Source of the DNA: Bacillota bacterium
Lineage (GTDB): Bacteria > Bacillota > DTU030
DNA length: 64,000 bases
NCBI GenBank assembly: GCA_012518435.1
Contig: JAAYSG010000060.1
Coordinates: forward strand, 9,777-73,776
Reading direction: 5' to 3'
The notes under the pieces were generated by a model, which searched no databases, had not been told where the DNA came from, and saw only the letters and a program-made list of their open reading frames with translations. Position 1 is the first letter of the stretch. Each line of letters starts with the position of its first letter. This document shows, piece after piece, positions 29,729 to 39,103 of this stretch. The position numbers and the translations under genes are program-made.

Positions 29729-30087
29729 AAATTAGCTCATCCTTTCTATTTTATTTGCTATTAAAAAGCCCTCGTTAGCACTAGCCTGCTCTAACAGGGA
29801 ACTCTATAGCCATTTATCCCTATATTTCCTTTTTTTATCTAATATACTCCGCCCCAGAAACAAATATTGTCTTCGCATTATTCCATATTTTCATTCACCA
29901 TTATTAATATCCTTCGCTAACTAGGAAACAATTCCTCCTTCTTTTTGAAAATAACTAGTTATTGGCCGGTACCTATCTAGTGATCCTGAGATCCGATATG
30001 AGGATGGCGGCAGGAAGTCCCTTTCCCCTACCGAAGTAATTCTCTATATACTAATTCCCTTCGAAAATAGGAAAGGTGTGCTCTACT

Positions 30088-30855
30088 ATGCTACAAAGGT
30101 TTAGATTTACCCTAAAATGTCTGCAGGCGGGCAGGGTGAGGGGGATGGGGGGAGGGGAGGTACATGGCCTGCTCTTTTCCCTTCTGGGGGAGGCCGGAAA
30201 AGAAAGAGCGGAAGGGCTACATAAAACCAGCAAAAAGCCTTTCTCCCTATCGCCCTTACAGGGGATAGGGAAAAGGCACAATGGTTTTTTTTACCTTCAG
30301 CCGGGGGAAATATATAGTTTTACAGTTGCCAGCCTTACGGAAGAAATGCACCACCAGTTAGAAGAGGTGGTGGCTCGCTGGAGCCCAAGGGAGATAGAAT
30401 TAGGGACGGCCCTTTTGGCCACCCAAGATGTTGGGCCGGAAATACCCGGTGGTATAACCTACCAGGAGCTTGTGGCCAAGGCCCAGGCTAGACATAATAC
30501 AAGTTTGGAATTTGTCACCCCCACCAGCTTCCGCCAAAGGGGAACTCAAATCCTCTTCCCCCAGCCAGAATATGTCTTCGGCAGCTTACGCCAGCGCTGG
30601 AATGATCACGGCCCCATTCAACTCCCTCTGGATTTAGATCTAACCCAAGTCCGGGTCACAAGGCACCGGATACACACCCAGGTCTTACATTTTAAGAACT
30701 ATAAAATCATCGGCTTTACCGGTAGATGTAGCTATCAAGTATCCGAAAAAACCCCCGACTTCCTCCCCTGGCTCCTTTCCGTCTTGGCCAATTTCGGGGA
30801 AATTGCCGGGGTGGGCTATAAAACCACCATGGGGATGGGGGTTATGAGGCGTTAG
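30088..30855 (+). CDS. cas6: Cas6 crRNA endoribonuclease (RAMP), separated from the effector operon
   Basis: The C-terminal glycine-rich loop is GEIAGVGYKTTMGMGV (GxGxxxxxGxG). The size of about 255 aa is typical. It is the only cas gene on the plus strand, 3.6 kb from the array. Confidence 0.8.
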   Translation: MLQRFRFTLKCLQAGRVRGMGGGEVHGLLFSLLGEAGKERAEGLHKTSKKPFSLSPLQGIGKRHNGFFYLQPGEIYSFTVASLTEEMHHQLEEVVARWSPREIELGTALLATQDVGPEIPGGITYQELVAKAQARHNTSLEFVTPTSFRQRGTQILFPQPEYVFGSLRQRWNDHGPIQLPLDLDLTQVRVTRHRIHTQVLHFKNYKIIGFTGRCSYQVSEKTPDFLPWLLSVLANFGEIAGVGYKTTMGMGVMRR

Positions 30856-30944
30856 AAGTAAGGAAGGTGCAAACACACATCCCGACCAGCAAACCCCCAC
30901 CTAGGGCCCTCCAGCCCTTGCTTAATTTACTCAACCGGGGAGTG

Positions 30945-32372
30945 TTAAATCTTTAGACCGGGTGCTTCCTTGCTCAGTTTCCCATAATCAAAGGGTTTCC
31001 CCAAAGGGTTGAAAACAATTGTTAATAATAGGGGCACGGCTAGGGCAAGGGCAAAGGAATAGAGCAAATTACCCCGGGTAAATAAGGGGTCTGGGAAGAG
31101 GATGGCCCCGGCCATAATGCCTAAAATCGTGGCTAGGGCGGCTGCCTTCCCGGACAAGCGCTCGACAAAGAGGCCGGCCAATGTTGGGACAAAGGCTGCT
31201 GCACAGACTAGATCGGCAAGGAAAAACAGGTAGAGGACACTATAGCCCCGGGAAGATACAATAACAGCCAAGGCGCAGATTAAAGCAGTAATTAAACGAG
31301 CCTTAGCAACCAGGCCCTGGGGAGTAAGCTCCCTTTTCCGACGGCCCATTTCCACGGTAATAACACTGACAATGGCATTGATTAGTGTATCCACAGTACT
31401 CATAACCAGGAGCATGAGCATAACAATGACAACAACCATTACCCAGGACGGCGTGGCATAAAGCACCAGCTCAAAGAGGGCGGCGGAAGGAATTACTTTC
31501 CGGTCAATGGTCAAGGCCATAAGGCCAAAAAAGCCGGACATGAGCATCAGGGGCAGCATAATGAGCCCGGCCCCCAGAAAAGATTTGCGGACAGTGGAAT
31601 TGTCTTTACAGGCGTAGGAGCGGGTCCAGTAGGCTTGGTTGAAAAAGTTGGAGGCAATGACAGCAATTAAGAGGGTGAGGAAAAACTCCCAGCCTTCCCA
31701 ATGGGAAAGGCTAAATATATGGGGGTTTACCCTCTGGGCCTTCTCCATAATTACCTCAAAACCTCCCAGGCTTTGGCTGCTGGTAAAGAAGGCAATAAAC
31801 ATAAGGGGGATAAAGATGGCCGCCTGAATAGCATCGGTAAAAATAGTCCCGTGTATACCGCCATAGGTTGTATAGATTAAAGTGCCGCCCCCAATTAGCA
31901 GGGCAACTAACCCCAGGGGAAGGTCCGACACCAGGTTGATGGCCAGAGCAATTCCCGTTAATTCTGCGGCAATAAATACCGATAGGTAGAATACTGTTGT
32001 GAATAAGGTAAGCAGATGCATTTGGGAACCAAAACGATGGTAGACAAACTCCGGTAGGGTTGAACCCCAGGGGAAGATTTCCCGCAGGCGGGGCCCAATC
32101 CAAATGAATATGAATATCCCGCAAGCCTGGGCCAAGGCATAGCCGCCAAAGGCCAAAACCCCTCCCCAAGTAGCCGCTTCGGGAAGGCTAAAGAGGATCC
32201 AGGATCCCATTTCGGAAGCTAAAATCGTCCCCATGGCCACCAGGCTAGTGAGGGTACCCCGGGCGGTGAGGAATGAATCCACATCCTGGACTTTACTACG
32301 ATGTTGGTAAACATACATTACCGCAATAATTGTAAACATCACCACAGGGGCAATTATCCAAAAAGTCATCAC
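30945..32372 (-). CDS. Sodium:solute symporter (SSS) family transporter
   Basis: It is a 475-aa polytopic protein with SSS-like N-terminal segments (LTARGTLTSLVAMGTILASEMG). Confidence 0.7.
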   Translation of the reverse strand: MMTFWIIAPVVMFTIIAVMYVYQHRSKVQDVDSFLTARGTLTSLVAMGTILASEMGSWILFSLPEAATWGGVLAFGGYALAQACGIFIFIWIGPRLREIFPWGSTLPEFVYHRFGSQMHLLTLFTTVFYLSVFIAAELTGIALAINLVSDLPLGLVALLIGGGTLIYTTYGGIHGTIFTDAIQAAIFIPLMFIAFFTSSQSLGGFEVIMEKAQRVNPHIFSLSHWEGWEFFLTLLIAVIASNFFNQAYWTRSYACKDNSTVRKSFLGAGLIMLPLMLMSGFFGLMALTIDRKVIPSAALFELVLYATPSWVMVVVIVMLMLLVMSTVDTLINAIVSVITVEMGRRKRELTPQGLVAKARLITALICALAVIVSSRGYSVLYLFFLADLVCAAAFVPTLAGLFVERLSGKAAALATILGIMAGAILFPDPLFTRGNLLYSFALALAVPLLLTIVFNPLGKPFDYGKLSKEAPGLKI

Positions 32373-32652
32373 TTAAAACTCCCTTCAACGCGACATAATT
32401 GGCAGCAGGCGCAATTGTCGTTTAAATATGGTCACCCCTGCATCCTTCCCGCTGAAAACAACATTCCCTTATTTACTTCAACCCCTATGATCCATCTATT
32501 CACCGGACCCGGGGTAGCACGATTTCACAGCTCTTTACCAGCAGTGGGAAGTAATTCGCCCACCACTAGTTTCATCCTTCTAATGATGCCAGCCTTGCTG
32601 GTATGGATGCCCTTTAGGATGGCAAGTTATTCTTATTCCCAAAACAGGGAAA

Positions 32653-33420
32653 TCAAATATAGGCTGCTATTAACTGGGCGGCCTTTTGACCGGAGAGGAG
32701 CATGCCCCCAAAGATAGGGCCCATCCTGCAACCACCTGCAACATTGGTGGCTGCCATGCCAGATACAAATAAACCGGGGGCAAGCATGCGGGTGTTCCTC
32801 ACCACGTCTTCCTCACCCAATACTGGATTCATAAAGGATTCCTTCCGTATATCAAGGGGAATCCTTTTATTATACAAATTGGCAAGGACAGCGTCATGCC
32901 CCGTTGCATCCAAGACAGCCTTGGCCATCAGTACCATTGGATCGACGTGTAAACCTGACATTTCGATTGTACTGTTGTTAACAACAACACCATCTACCCT
33001 ATCCCCCGTACAATGAATATCCTCGGCAAACATTAAATTAAATAGGTTTACATTTGCTTGGGAGGAAACGGCAAATATAAGCTTGCTGGCCAGGGCCAAG
33101 GACGAAACTACCAGTGCTTCTTCATCTTCCCGATAAGGAATCGCAAAGTTTTCAAGGATATCCCTTGTATCCTTCTGTAATACAACCTTGTTAAAACTCA
33201 TGGCCCCACCCCAGATTCCTCCACCGGGTACCAAGTGCCGGTCTATTATGGTTACATTGTATCCATCCTGAGAAAGCTCATGGGCGCATATTAGGCCCGA
33301 AGGGCCCGCTCCCACAACTATAACATCCGACTCCACCGCCCGTTCCAGATCCCGGAAATAATTCCGGAGAATCTTACGGCTGGCCTGTCCTGCATTAACG
33401 GGGTTTTTAAAAATGTTCAT
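32653..33420 (-). CDS. thi4: Thiazole synthase Thi4 family (sulfide-dependent, His-type, non-suicidal)
   Basis: The dinucleotide fold VVGAGPSGL is present. DATGHDA has His where yeast THI4 has its suicide Cys. The C-terminus GMLLSGQKAAQ also fits. A TPP riboswitch lies upstream. Confidence 0.85.
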   Translation of the reverse strand: MNIFKNPVNAGQASRKILRNYFRDLERAVESDVIVVGAGPSGLICAHELSQDGYNVTIIDRHLVPGGGIWGGAMSFNKVVLQKDTRDILENFAIPYREDEEALVVSSLALASKLIFAVSSQANVNLFNLMFAEDIHCTGDRVDGVVVNNSTIEMSGLHVDPMVLMAKAVLDATGHDAVLANLYNKRIPLDIRKESFMNPVLGEEDVVRNTRMLAPGLFVSGMAATNVAGGCRMGPIFGGMLLSGQKAAQLIAAYI

Positions 33421-33497
33421 TTATTTTTCCTCCTACGGCAAAATTTCCTTCTCCTTTGGCTCCACTCTCCTTATTGCTGTTGCACCCCCTTCTCAGC

Positions 33498-33538
33498 AAA
33501 ATAAAAAGCCGCCCTTCCGGTCTGGATAAGGCAGCCTA
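33498..33538 (-). terminator. Candidate intrinsic terminator / expression platform of the TPP riboswitch
   Basis: On the minus strand an imperfect GCUGCCUU...AAGGGCGGC stem is followed by UUUUUAUUUU, between the aptamer and the thi4 start. Confidence 0.4.
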
Positions 33539-33554
33539 AAACCTTTGTGTCAGC

Positions 33555-33640
33555 TTTGTTCCCTACGCTGGCATTACCCAGATCAGGTTACAGGGTCAGA
33601 AGTAAATACTTCCCTCTCAGCCGGTTACCCAGCTCCCCTT
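33555..33640 (-). ncRNA. TPP (THI-box) riboswitch aptamer
   Basis: The minus strand reads GGGGAGCUGGGUAACCGGCUGAGAGGGAAGUAUUUACUUCUGACCCUGUAACCUGAUCUGGGUAAUGCCAGCGUAGGGAAC. The CUGAGA, ACCCUG and CCUGAUCUGG.UAAUGCCAGCGUAGGGAA blocks are all present. Confidence 0.85.
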
Positions 33641-33735
33641 TTTTTTCCATTATAACCCCAAACAGCAGTGGCGTCAAATCAAACACAAATTTTGAGCCAA
33701 CTAGTTTGTCCAGTTACCAGTTTTCACCGCCTCAT

Positions 33736-35412
33736 CTAACCCCCACTATTTCCAGCAAATCCTGCTGCATCCATATTCTCTGCTCCCAGGGCAATGGGAA
33801 GCAAAACCGATGTGATGGCCGCTCCCAAGAAAAGGAGAAATCCCAGCAGTCCACTAATACTAACCTTCCCCATCCATATATTAGCCCCTCCCATGGTCAT
33901 AGTCAGGGCTACAACAACTCCATAACCCACTTCCGCCAGCATACTTAAGTGAACAGCGGGGATGGAGACCCGCTGGCGGGGATCCGGGGCATCGAATTTG
34001 GGAGAAATAGTACCGGCAGCGATGTTTATTGCCACTAGGCCCGGGCTAGTTAAAAGGGTGAATCCGGCCATTAAGAAAAAACGCCTGTCACCCAAAAGCA
34101 AGGTTAAAATAAAGGTTAAGATCACTATAAAGAAAAATATCAAGGGAGTCAGCCCCACCAGTTTACCGTAGAGGATTTCTTTATTGGTCGTGGGACTGGT
34201 TCGTAAGAGGGGCCAACTCTTGCCTTCCCGGGCTAGAGAGCCCAGGGCTAAACTTGAAGATAGCATGCTGCTGGTAAAAAAGATAAAAAAGAAGTAAATT
34301 CCCAAGGGCAGGTCTGATATGTCCTGGGGGGAAAAGGGATTTGCCCGACCCATAAAAGGAACAATTATGCCTACACTCAATACTACTAGCATATATATGG
34401 CCTGGGACCATTCCCGCAGATCCCGGCTGATCATTTTTATTTCCTTGCCCGCCAGGGCCATTATAATCCCCCGGGGGAGAAAACCCGCTAGCCACCGCCC
34501 CAAGGCCCAGCCTTTGGGGCCTTCTTTTTTGCACCGCCCCACCTCGGCACTGCCGGCCCAGCCCCCATAGAAGGCTTCCTGCACTAGGAAAAGGCAGAGG
34601 GAAAAGAAAATAAGACCTGATATGGCCACCAGGCCGGCCCAGAGGAAAAAACCGCTCCAGCGTGCCTGACTGGCAGCCAAGGTTGCCTGGGCCAACCAAG
34701 AGGCGGGGGAAAAACCAATCCGGGCAAAACTGAGGCTGCCTGTTATGCGGGCTACCTGCCCAGCGTCCAAGGAAGTAATACTGCGAGTACCTAACTGGAT
34801 GGCGGCATAGGCTAGGCCTCCCAAAAGGGAACCCAAGGCTACCCCCACTTCCCGTACCCGATAAGGGGGTATAATCCGCATTACAAAGAGGTTGAGGACT
34901 GCACCCAGGGCTGTGGGCCAAAGGAGGATAAAAAGGGTCAGTAAAAGCATGGCAGGATAGTAGGACCATCTTACTCCAATACTGGCACCAAAACCTAGCA
35001 TAACTGGCAAAGTAAGAAGAACTAGCGCTATGAATACCGATGCCAGGATCTCCAAAAACTTGATAAGAAAGACCTGCTTTATTCTTAGGGGGGCAGCAAA
35101 TAAAAGGGGGAGGTCCGATGAGGAATACATGACGCTAAAGGCTGACCCACAAGCAGTAAAAAGGCTGACGACCAAACCAAGAAGGTACAATCCCGACAGG
35201 GCATCCCCCAATAAAGGGGGTCCAAAATCCTGCCCCATTTCCCCGGCTAATTCCGCCAGGATCAGAAAGAAAAAACGGCTTCCCAGGAAGGCGACTAGAA
35301 ACCAAACAAAGGCCAAAAGGGACAGTATAATAGTGCCTACTTTTTTAGACTCTGTCTCGCCAGTTGAGCGCCATAATAAGCGCCACTTCCATTTCAACAG
35401 GTCTGTCATCAT
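33736..35412 (-). CDS. Large polytopic ABC exporter permease (putative ABC-2 / 'ABC exporter' family)
   Basis: It is 558 aa with more than 10 TM segments, immediately downstream of and overlapping the ABC ATPase. Confidence 0.55.
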   Translation of the reverse strand: MMTDLLKWKWRLLWRSTGETESKKVGTIILSLLAFVWFLVAFLGSRFFFLILAELAGEMGQDFGPPLLGDALSGLYLLGLVVSLFTACGSAFSVMYSSSDLPLLFAAPLRIKQVFLIKFLEILASVFIALVLLTLPVMLGFGASIGVRWSYYPAMLLLTLFILLWPTALGAVLNLFVMRIIPPYRVREVGVALGSLLGGLAYAAIQLGTRSITSLDAGQVARITGSLSFARIGFSPASWLAQATLAASQARWSGFFLWAGLVAISGLIFFSLCLFLVQEAFYGGWAGSAEVGRCKKEGPKGWALGRWLAGFLPRGIIMALAGKEIKMISRDLREWSQAIYMLVVLSVGIIVPFMGRANPFSPQDISDLPLGIYFFFIFFTSSMLSSSLALGSLAREGKSWPLLRTSPTTNKEILYGKLVGLTPLIFFFIVILTFILTLLLGDRRFFLMAGFTLLTSPGLVAINIAAGTISPKFDAPDPRQRVSIPAVHLSMLAEVGYGVVVALTMTMGGANIWMGKVSISGLLGFLLFLGAAITSVLLPIALGAENMDAAGFAGNSGG

Positions 35413-36170
35413 TCCACCCCTTCCCGCAGGAAACGGATGGTATCCCTATGCTCCACCCCACCGGTCAATTTAAGAAAAACATCCTCCAGGGAATATTCCT
35501 GGGCCTGACTGCGGAGTTGATCCATGGTACCACAGGCAATTAGTTCACCCTGGTTTATAATGCCCACCCTAGTACACATATGCTGGGCAATCTCCAAAAT
35601 ATGGGTGGACATGAAAACAGCGGCTCCTCGGCTCACTAGGGTACGGAGAATGTCCTTCAACAAGCGGGCACTGGCGGGATCAAGACCCAAGGTTGGTTCA
35701 TCTAGAAGAAGTACCCGCGGATTATGGATTAGGGCCCCGGCGATGGCAATTTTTCGCCGCATCCCCCGGGAATAGGACTGGATGTAGTCATCAGCCCTTT
35801 CCGCCAAGCTAAAGAGTTGTAGGAGTTCGGGAATCCTTTCTTCTTTATCCTTTTTTCCTACCTTATAAAGGTCAGCCATGAAGGATAAAAATTCCCGGCC
35901 CGAGAGCTTCTCATAGAGAATCGGTTCATCGGGGACAAAACCCAGGCAAGATTTGGCCGCAACAGGCTCACTTTTAATATCATAGCCGTTGATTATAATT
36001 TCACCGGCGGTGGGCCGCAAAAGGCCGGTGAGCATTTTTATAGTGGTAGTTTTACCAGCCCCGTTAGGGCCCAAAAACCCAAAGAGTTCCCCCGCCGCGA
36101 TATGTAAGTTCAGCTTTTCCAGAGCCTTGGCGCCGGCAAAATCCTTGCTCAAATTTATCGTTTTAATCAC
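35409..36170 (-). CDS. ABC transporter ATP-binding protein
   Basis: Walker A GFLGPNGAGKTTT, signature YSRGMRRKIAIA and Walker B LLLDEPTLGLD are present. Confidence 0.9.
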   Translation of the reverse strand: MIKTINLSKDFAGAKALEKLNLHIAAGELFGFLGPNGAGKTTTIKMLTGLLRPTAGEIIINGYDIKSEPVAAKSCLGFVPDEPILYEKLSGREFLSFMADLYKVGKKDKEERIPELLQLFSLAERADDYIQSYSRGMRRKIAIAGALIHNPRVLLLDEPTLGLDPASARLLKDILRTLVSRGAAVFMSTHILEIAQHMCTRVGIINQGELIACGTMDQLRSQAQEYSLEDVFLKLTGGVEHRDTIRFLREGVE

Positions 36171-36273
36171 GGTTTACAGCACACCCTCCGGTAATAATAT
36201 ACCTTGTCAAGCAAAAACAGGAGGCGGAGCCCTGTTCTAACAAACAGAGTTCCGACCCCTGTTCTAGTTCCAG

Positions 36274-36471
36274 TTAGATTCCCTTCTTCCTTCTTTCGGC
36301 CAATAATTGGCCCCCTATGGCCACTTCCTCGGGATCTGTTGGTTTTAGGTAGACCACAAAGGCTTCTTCATCGACACCCGTTATCTCACTGGCTTTCTTG
36401 GTAAAGGATTTCACCAACTCCTCCTTTTGGGCCTTATCCAGCTTGGGCCCCAAGAAAAAAATTGTCGGCAC
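36274..36471 (-). CDS. 4-oxalocrotonate tautomerase family protein
   Basis: It is 65 aa and starts MPTIFF, with the catalytic Pro1 after Met removal, as is typical for 4-OT. Confidence 0.55.
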   Translation of the reverse strand: MPTIFFLGPKLDKAQKEELVKSFTKKASEITGVDEEAFVVYLKPTDPEEVAIGGQLLAERRKKGI

Positions 36472-36644
36472 TAAAACTCCTCCCTTCGATTATATAATAC
36501 AACTCCCTGGGAAATATTTTCACCACCCCAGTGGAAAATTCCTCCCCGGTGAAGGAAATGTTCCCGACAAAAATAGCTAGGGGGGTCATTCGCCCAGAAA
36601 GGAATCGGCACCGGGTAAGCCCAGTGCCGTAACCTTTTTATCCC

Positions 36645-38759
36645 TCAGATCCCCACCTCATCCAACTTAGCCAGATTATATCTTCTAATGATATCCATTA
36701 ACTTAAGGGCATATTGGGAATCCGTGGCATAACCACACCGTTTTAGGGCCCAGGCCCCTTGGCCACTATCGTGCATAACCGCCCGGAAGGGTTCATAGCG
36801 GCTACCGGTGAGGAGGAAATCCTTGTGGTCGGCCCAGCCTTCTTGGGGGTCGGCATAGGCCCGAAAGTTGGCATCTATTCTATAGGGCTGCCCATTATAT
36901 TCTTCCCAGGTGCTGGAGATGACCGACCCCGCTGAGGCCCCGCCCTTAATGCCAAAAAGGTTGTTGGAGAATTTGCCAGAATACTTGTCCACCGGGACCT
37001 TTTGACCCCAGCCTGTTTCTAAAATTGCCTGGGCCGTCTGCAAAGCCGCTGACATGCCCGTCCTCTGCCATGATTCAACGGCCAAGGCGGAGGCAAAGTC
37101 CAAAAATTTTTCCTTTTCAATGATGGGGCGGGCTTCATGAAGTTGCCCCAAGTAGACCCGGAAGGAAACTTCCTCACTGGTGACCTTTCTACCATTCCTG
37201 GTGGTGCCCTCCGCCCAGAGCCGCCATTCCCCTTCATCTCCTGGGGTCGGGGTCCAGGTGTATTTACCGTCTGCCTCCTCTCCCTCGGCGATAAGCCGTC
37301 TTTCTCCCCTTTGGTTGTTAAGCAGATAATACTTTATGTTCCGCAAATCAACATTGCACCTGGATGTCAATTCCACCGGGCCACTAACCACCTGATTGGG
37401 GCCCACGCCCTGCAAAAGGAGCTGGGGCTCAGCCGGTATTTTTACCCGAACGGGGTCACTGGTATGAACGCGGCCCGCGGGATCTAGGACCCTAACCAAA
37501 ACCTCTTTAGTCCCCACATCGTCTGGCCCCGGGAACCAAGTGTAACCACCATAGGGAATCTTGGCCAATACCTTCTCCCGACCTGTCTCCGGATCCCGCA
37601 ATATATACTCTGTCTGGCTGACAGCAAAGTTCCTGTTAGCCAGAAGGTTGACGGGTTTTGTTATGGTGCTACCGGCACTTACTCCCAGCAGACCCAGCCT
37701 TGGCTCAACTTCGGCCCGGACGGTGACAGCACGACTGGGAAAGGCTTGTCCGGTATCATCATAGGCGATAACCCGCAGGGAATAGGTTCCGCTATCGGCC
37801 ACCTGGGGGGTCCAAGGGTAGTTCCCGTATGGATCGGCTTCTTCAGAAAGGAAAACCCTATCATTGTCCAGGTTTGTTATTTCATACTTCACATAGGCCG
37901 GGGCAAAATTCAAATCGGCCCTTAGGGAAACAGTGTCCTTTATTGTGGTGTTGGGAGACAATCCCAGCAGGGATACCTCCGGGGTCACCAGCAGTTGCAC
38001 ACCAACCGCATCCCCGGCCACGAAATCATCCTGGTCATCATAGAGGGCGGCAACCAAAACCCACTTCCCCCTATCCTTAACTTCCGGAAGATAGTTATAG
38101 GTAGCGGTGGGCTGATTCCCCCGGGCAATTACCTTACCCTTGCCCCTTTCAGGGTTCAACAAAAGATACTTAATTTTACTAGCTCCCGCCGGAACCCCCT
38201 CCGGGAAGCGGGATTTCAGCTGGATGGCCCCCGTAATTACCCCTTGCGCTTGAACCGATTCTATTTCCACGGGAAAGAAGGGCTCTATGTCAGCGGGCTG
38301 GTTAGAATTGACAGTAACCGTCCGACTGGACTCCTCCCACCCTATACCCACCCCCAGGGCGTTACTGGCCAGGCGGATGGGAACAAAGGTGCGCCCGGCG
38401 TATATTTGGGGGGGAACATCGCTTAAACCGTAGGTTTTTTCCTGGTCAATCTTGTATTCTACCAAATGGCTGTCGATACGCAATAATACAGAACGGTTCC
38501 CCTTGGAAATATGTACAGTTCTGTCCCTTTCATTCCACTTGACCTCCGCACCCATTTCTTCAAAGGTTAGGCGGGCCGGAACCAAGGTCCGGCCATTTTT
38601 AATCATGGGCTGGGGCAAGGCATCTATACGGCGGCCGTCTATGAGGAGCCTGACCTCCCCGGCACTAAAGCCCGTGGAGGGTAGCATTTGGATGATAAGA
38701 AGGGTAAGGATAAAATAGGAAAGGAGACGCCGTCTGTTCACCTTGGTAATGTATTTCAT
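36645..38759 (-). CDS. Secreted cell-wall hydrolase: copper-amine-oxidase-like N-terminal domains, Ig-like repeats and a C-terminal GH73 N-acetylglucosaminidase domain
   Basis: There is a signal peptide (MKYITKVNRRRLLSYFILTLLII), CAO_N-like modules (GRTLVPARLTFEEMGAEVKW..., GRTFVPIRLASNALGVGIGW) and a C-terminal glucosaminidase motif (AQAILETGWGQ...NNLFGIKG). Confidence 0.65.
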   Translation of the reverse strand: MKYITKVNRRRLLSYFILTLLIIQMLPSTGFSAGEVRLLIDGRRIDALPQPMIKNGRTLVPARLTFEEMGAEVKWNERDRTVHISKGNRSVLLRIDSHLVEYKIDQEKTYGLSDVPPQIYAGRTFVPIRLASNALGVGIGWEESSRTVTVNSNQPADIEPFFPVEIESVQAQGVITGAIQLKSRFPEGVPAGASKIKYLLLNPERGKGKVIARGNQPTATYNYLPEVKDRGKWVLVAALYDDQDDFVAGDAVGVQLLVTPEVSLLGLSPNTTIKDTVSLRADLNFAPAYVKYEITNLDNDRVFLSEEADPYGNYPWTPQVADSGTYSLRVIAYDDTGQAFPSRAVTVRAEVEPRLGLLGVSAGSTITKPVNLLANRNFAVSQTEYILRDPETGREKVLAKIPYGGYTWFPGPDDVGTKEVLVRVLDPAGRVHTSDPVRVKIPAEPQLLLQGVGPNQVVSGPVELTSRCNVDLRNIKYYLLNNQRGERRLIAEGEEADGKYTWTPTPGDEGEWRLWAEGTTRNGRKVTSEEVSFRVYLGQLHEARPIIEKEKFLDFASALAVESWQRTGMSAALQTAQAILETGWGQKVPVDKYSGKFSNNLFGIKGGASAGSVISSTWEEYNGQPYRIDANFRAYADPQEGWADHKDFLLTGSRYEPFRAVMHDSGQGAWALKRCGYATDSQYALKLMDIIRRYNLAKLDEVGI

Positions 38760-39103
38760 TTTTTTGTCACTCCCTTTGCTTTTTTTGCTTCGTTGGGGAT
38801 AAATTCCGTGATCCACATGGGAAAAAAATCCCGTCTGGTTTATTTTTGACGTTGCCGGGGATAAAATTGTTCCCATGAACAGGCAAAACAACCACAATTT
38901 AATCATCTAAGCAAAATTATCGTTTACCCATGGGTGGCAGGGAAAAGGCGTGCAAATTTATTCCCATTGTGATACTCTTGTACTGGATAAAATAATATCC
39001 CGTTCGCGCCATTGGGTTATTAACCTCAAGTAACTCCATCATGGCCATTGCAAAATCAATAGACACTAATATGCCTGGATATTAAAGGAAGGGGTGTTGC
39101 TTT

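Noticed and set aside
34181-34969. 262-aa minus-strand ORF in an alternative frame inside the ABC permease gene
   Set aside because: It lies in the same region as the 558-aa polytopic permease ORF, which is much longer and hydrophobic. The alternative frame is Pro/Gly/Ser-rich with no TM logic.
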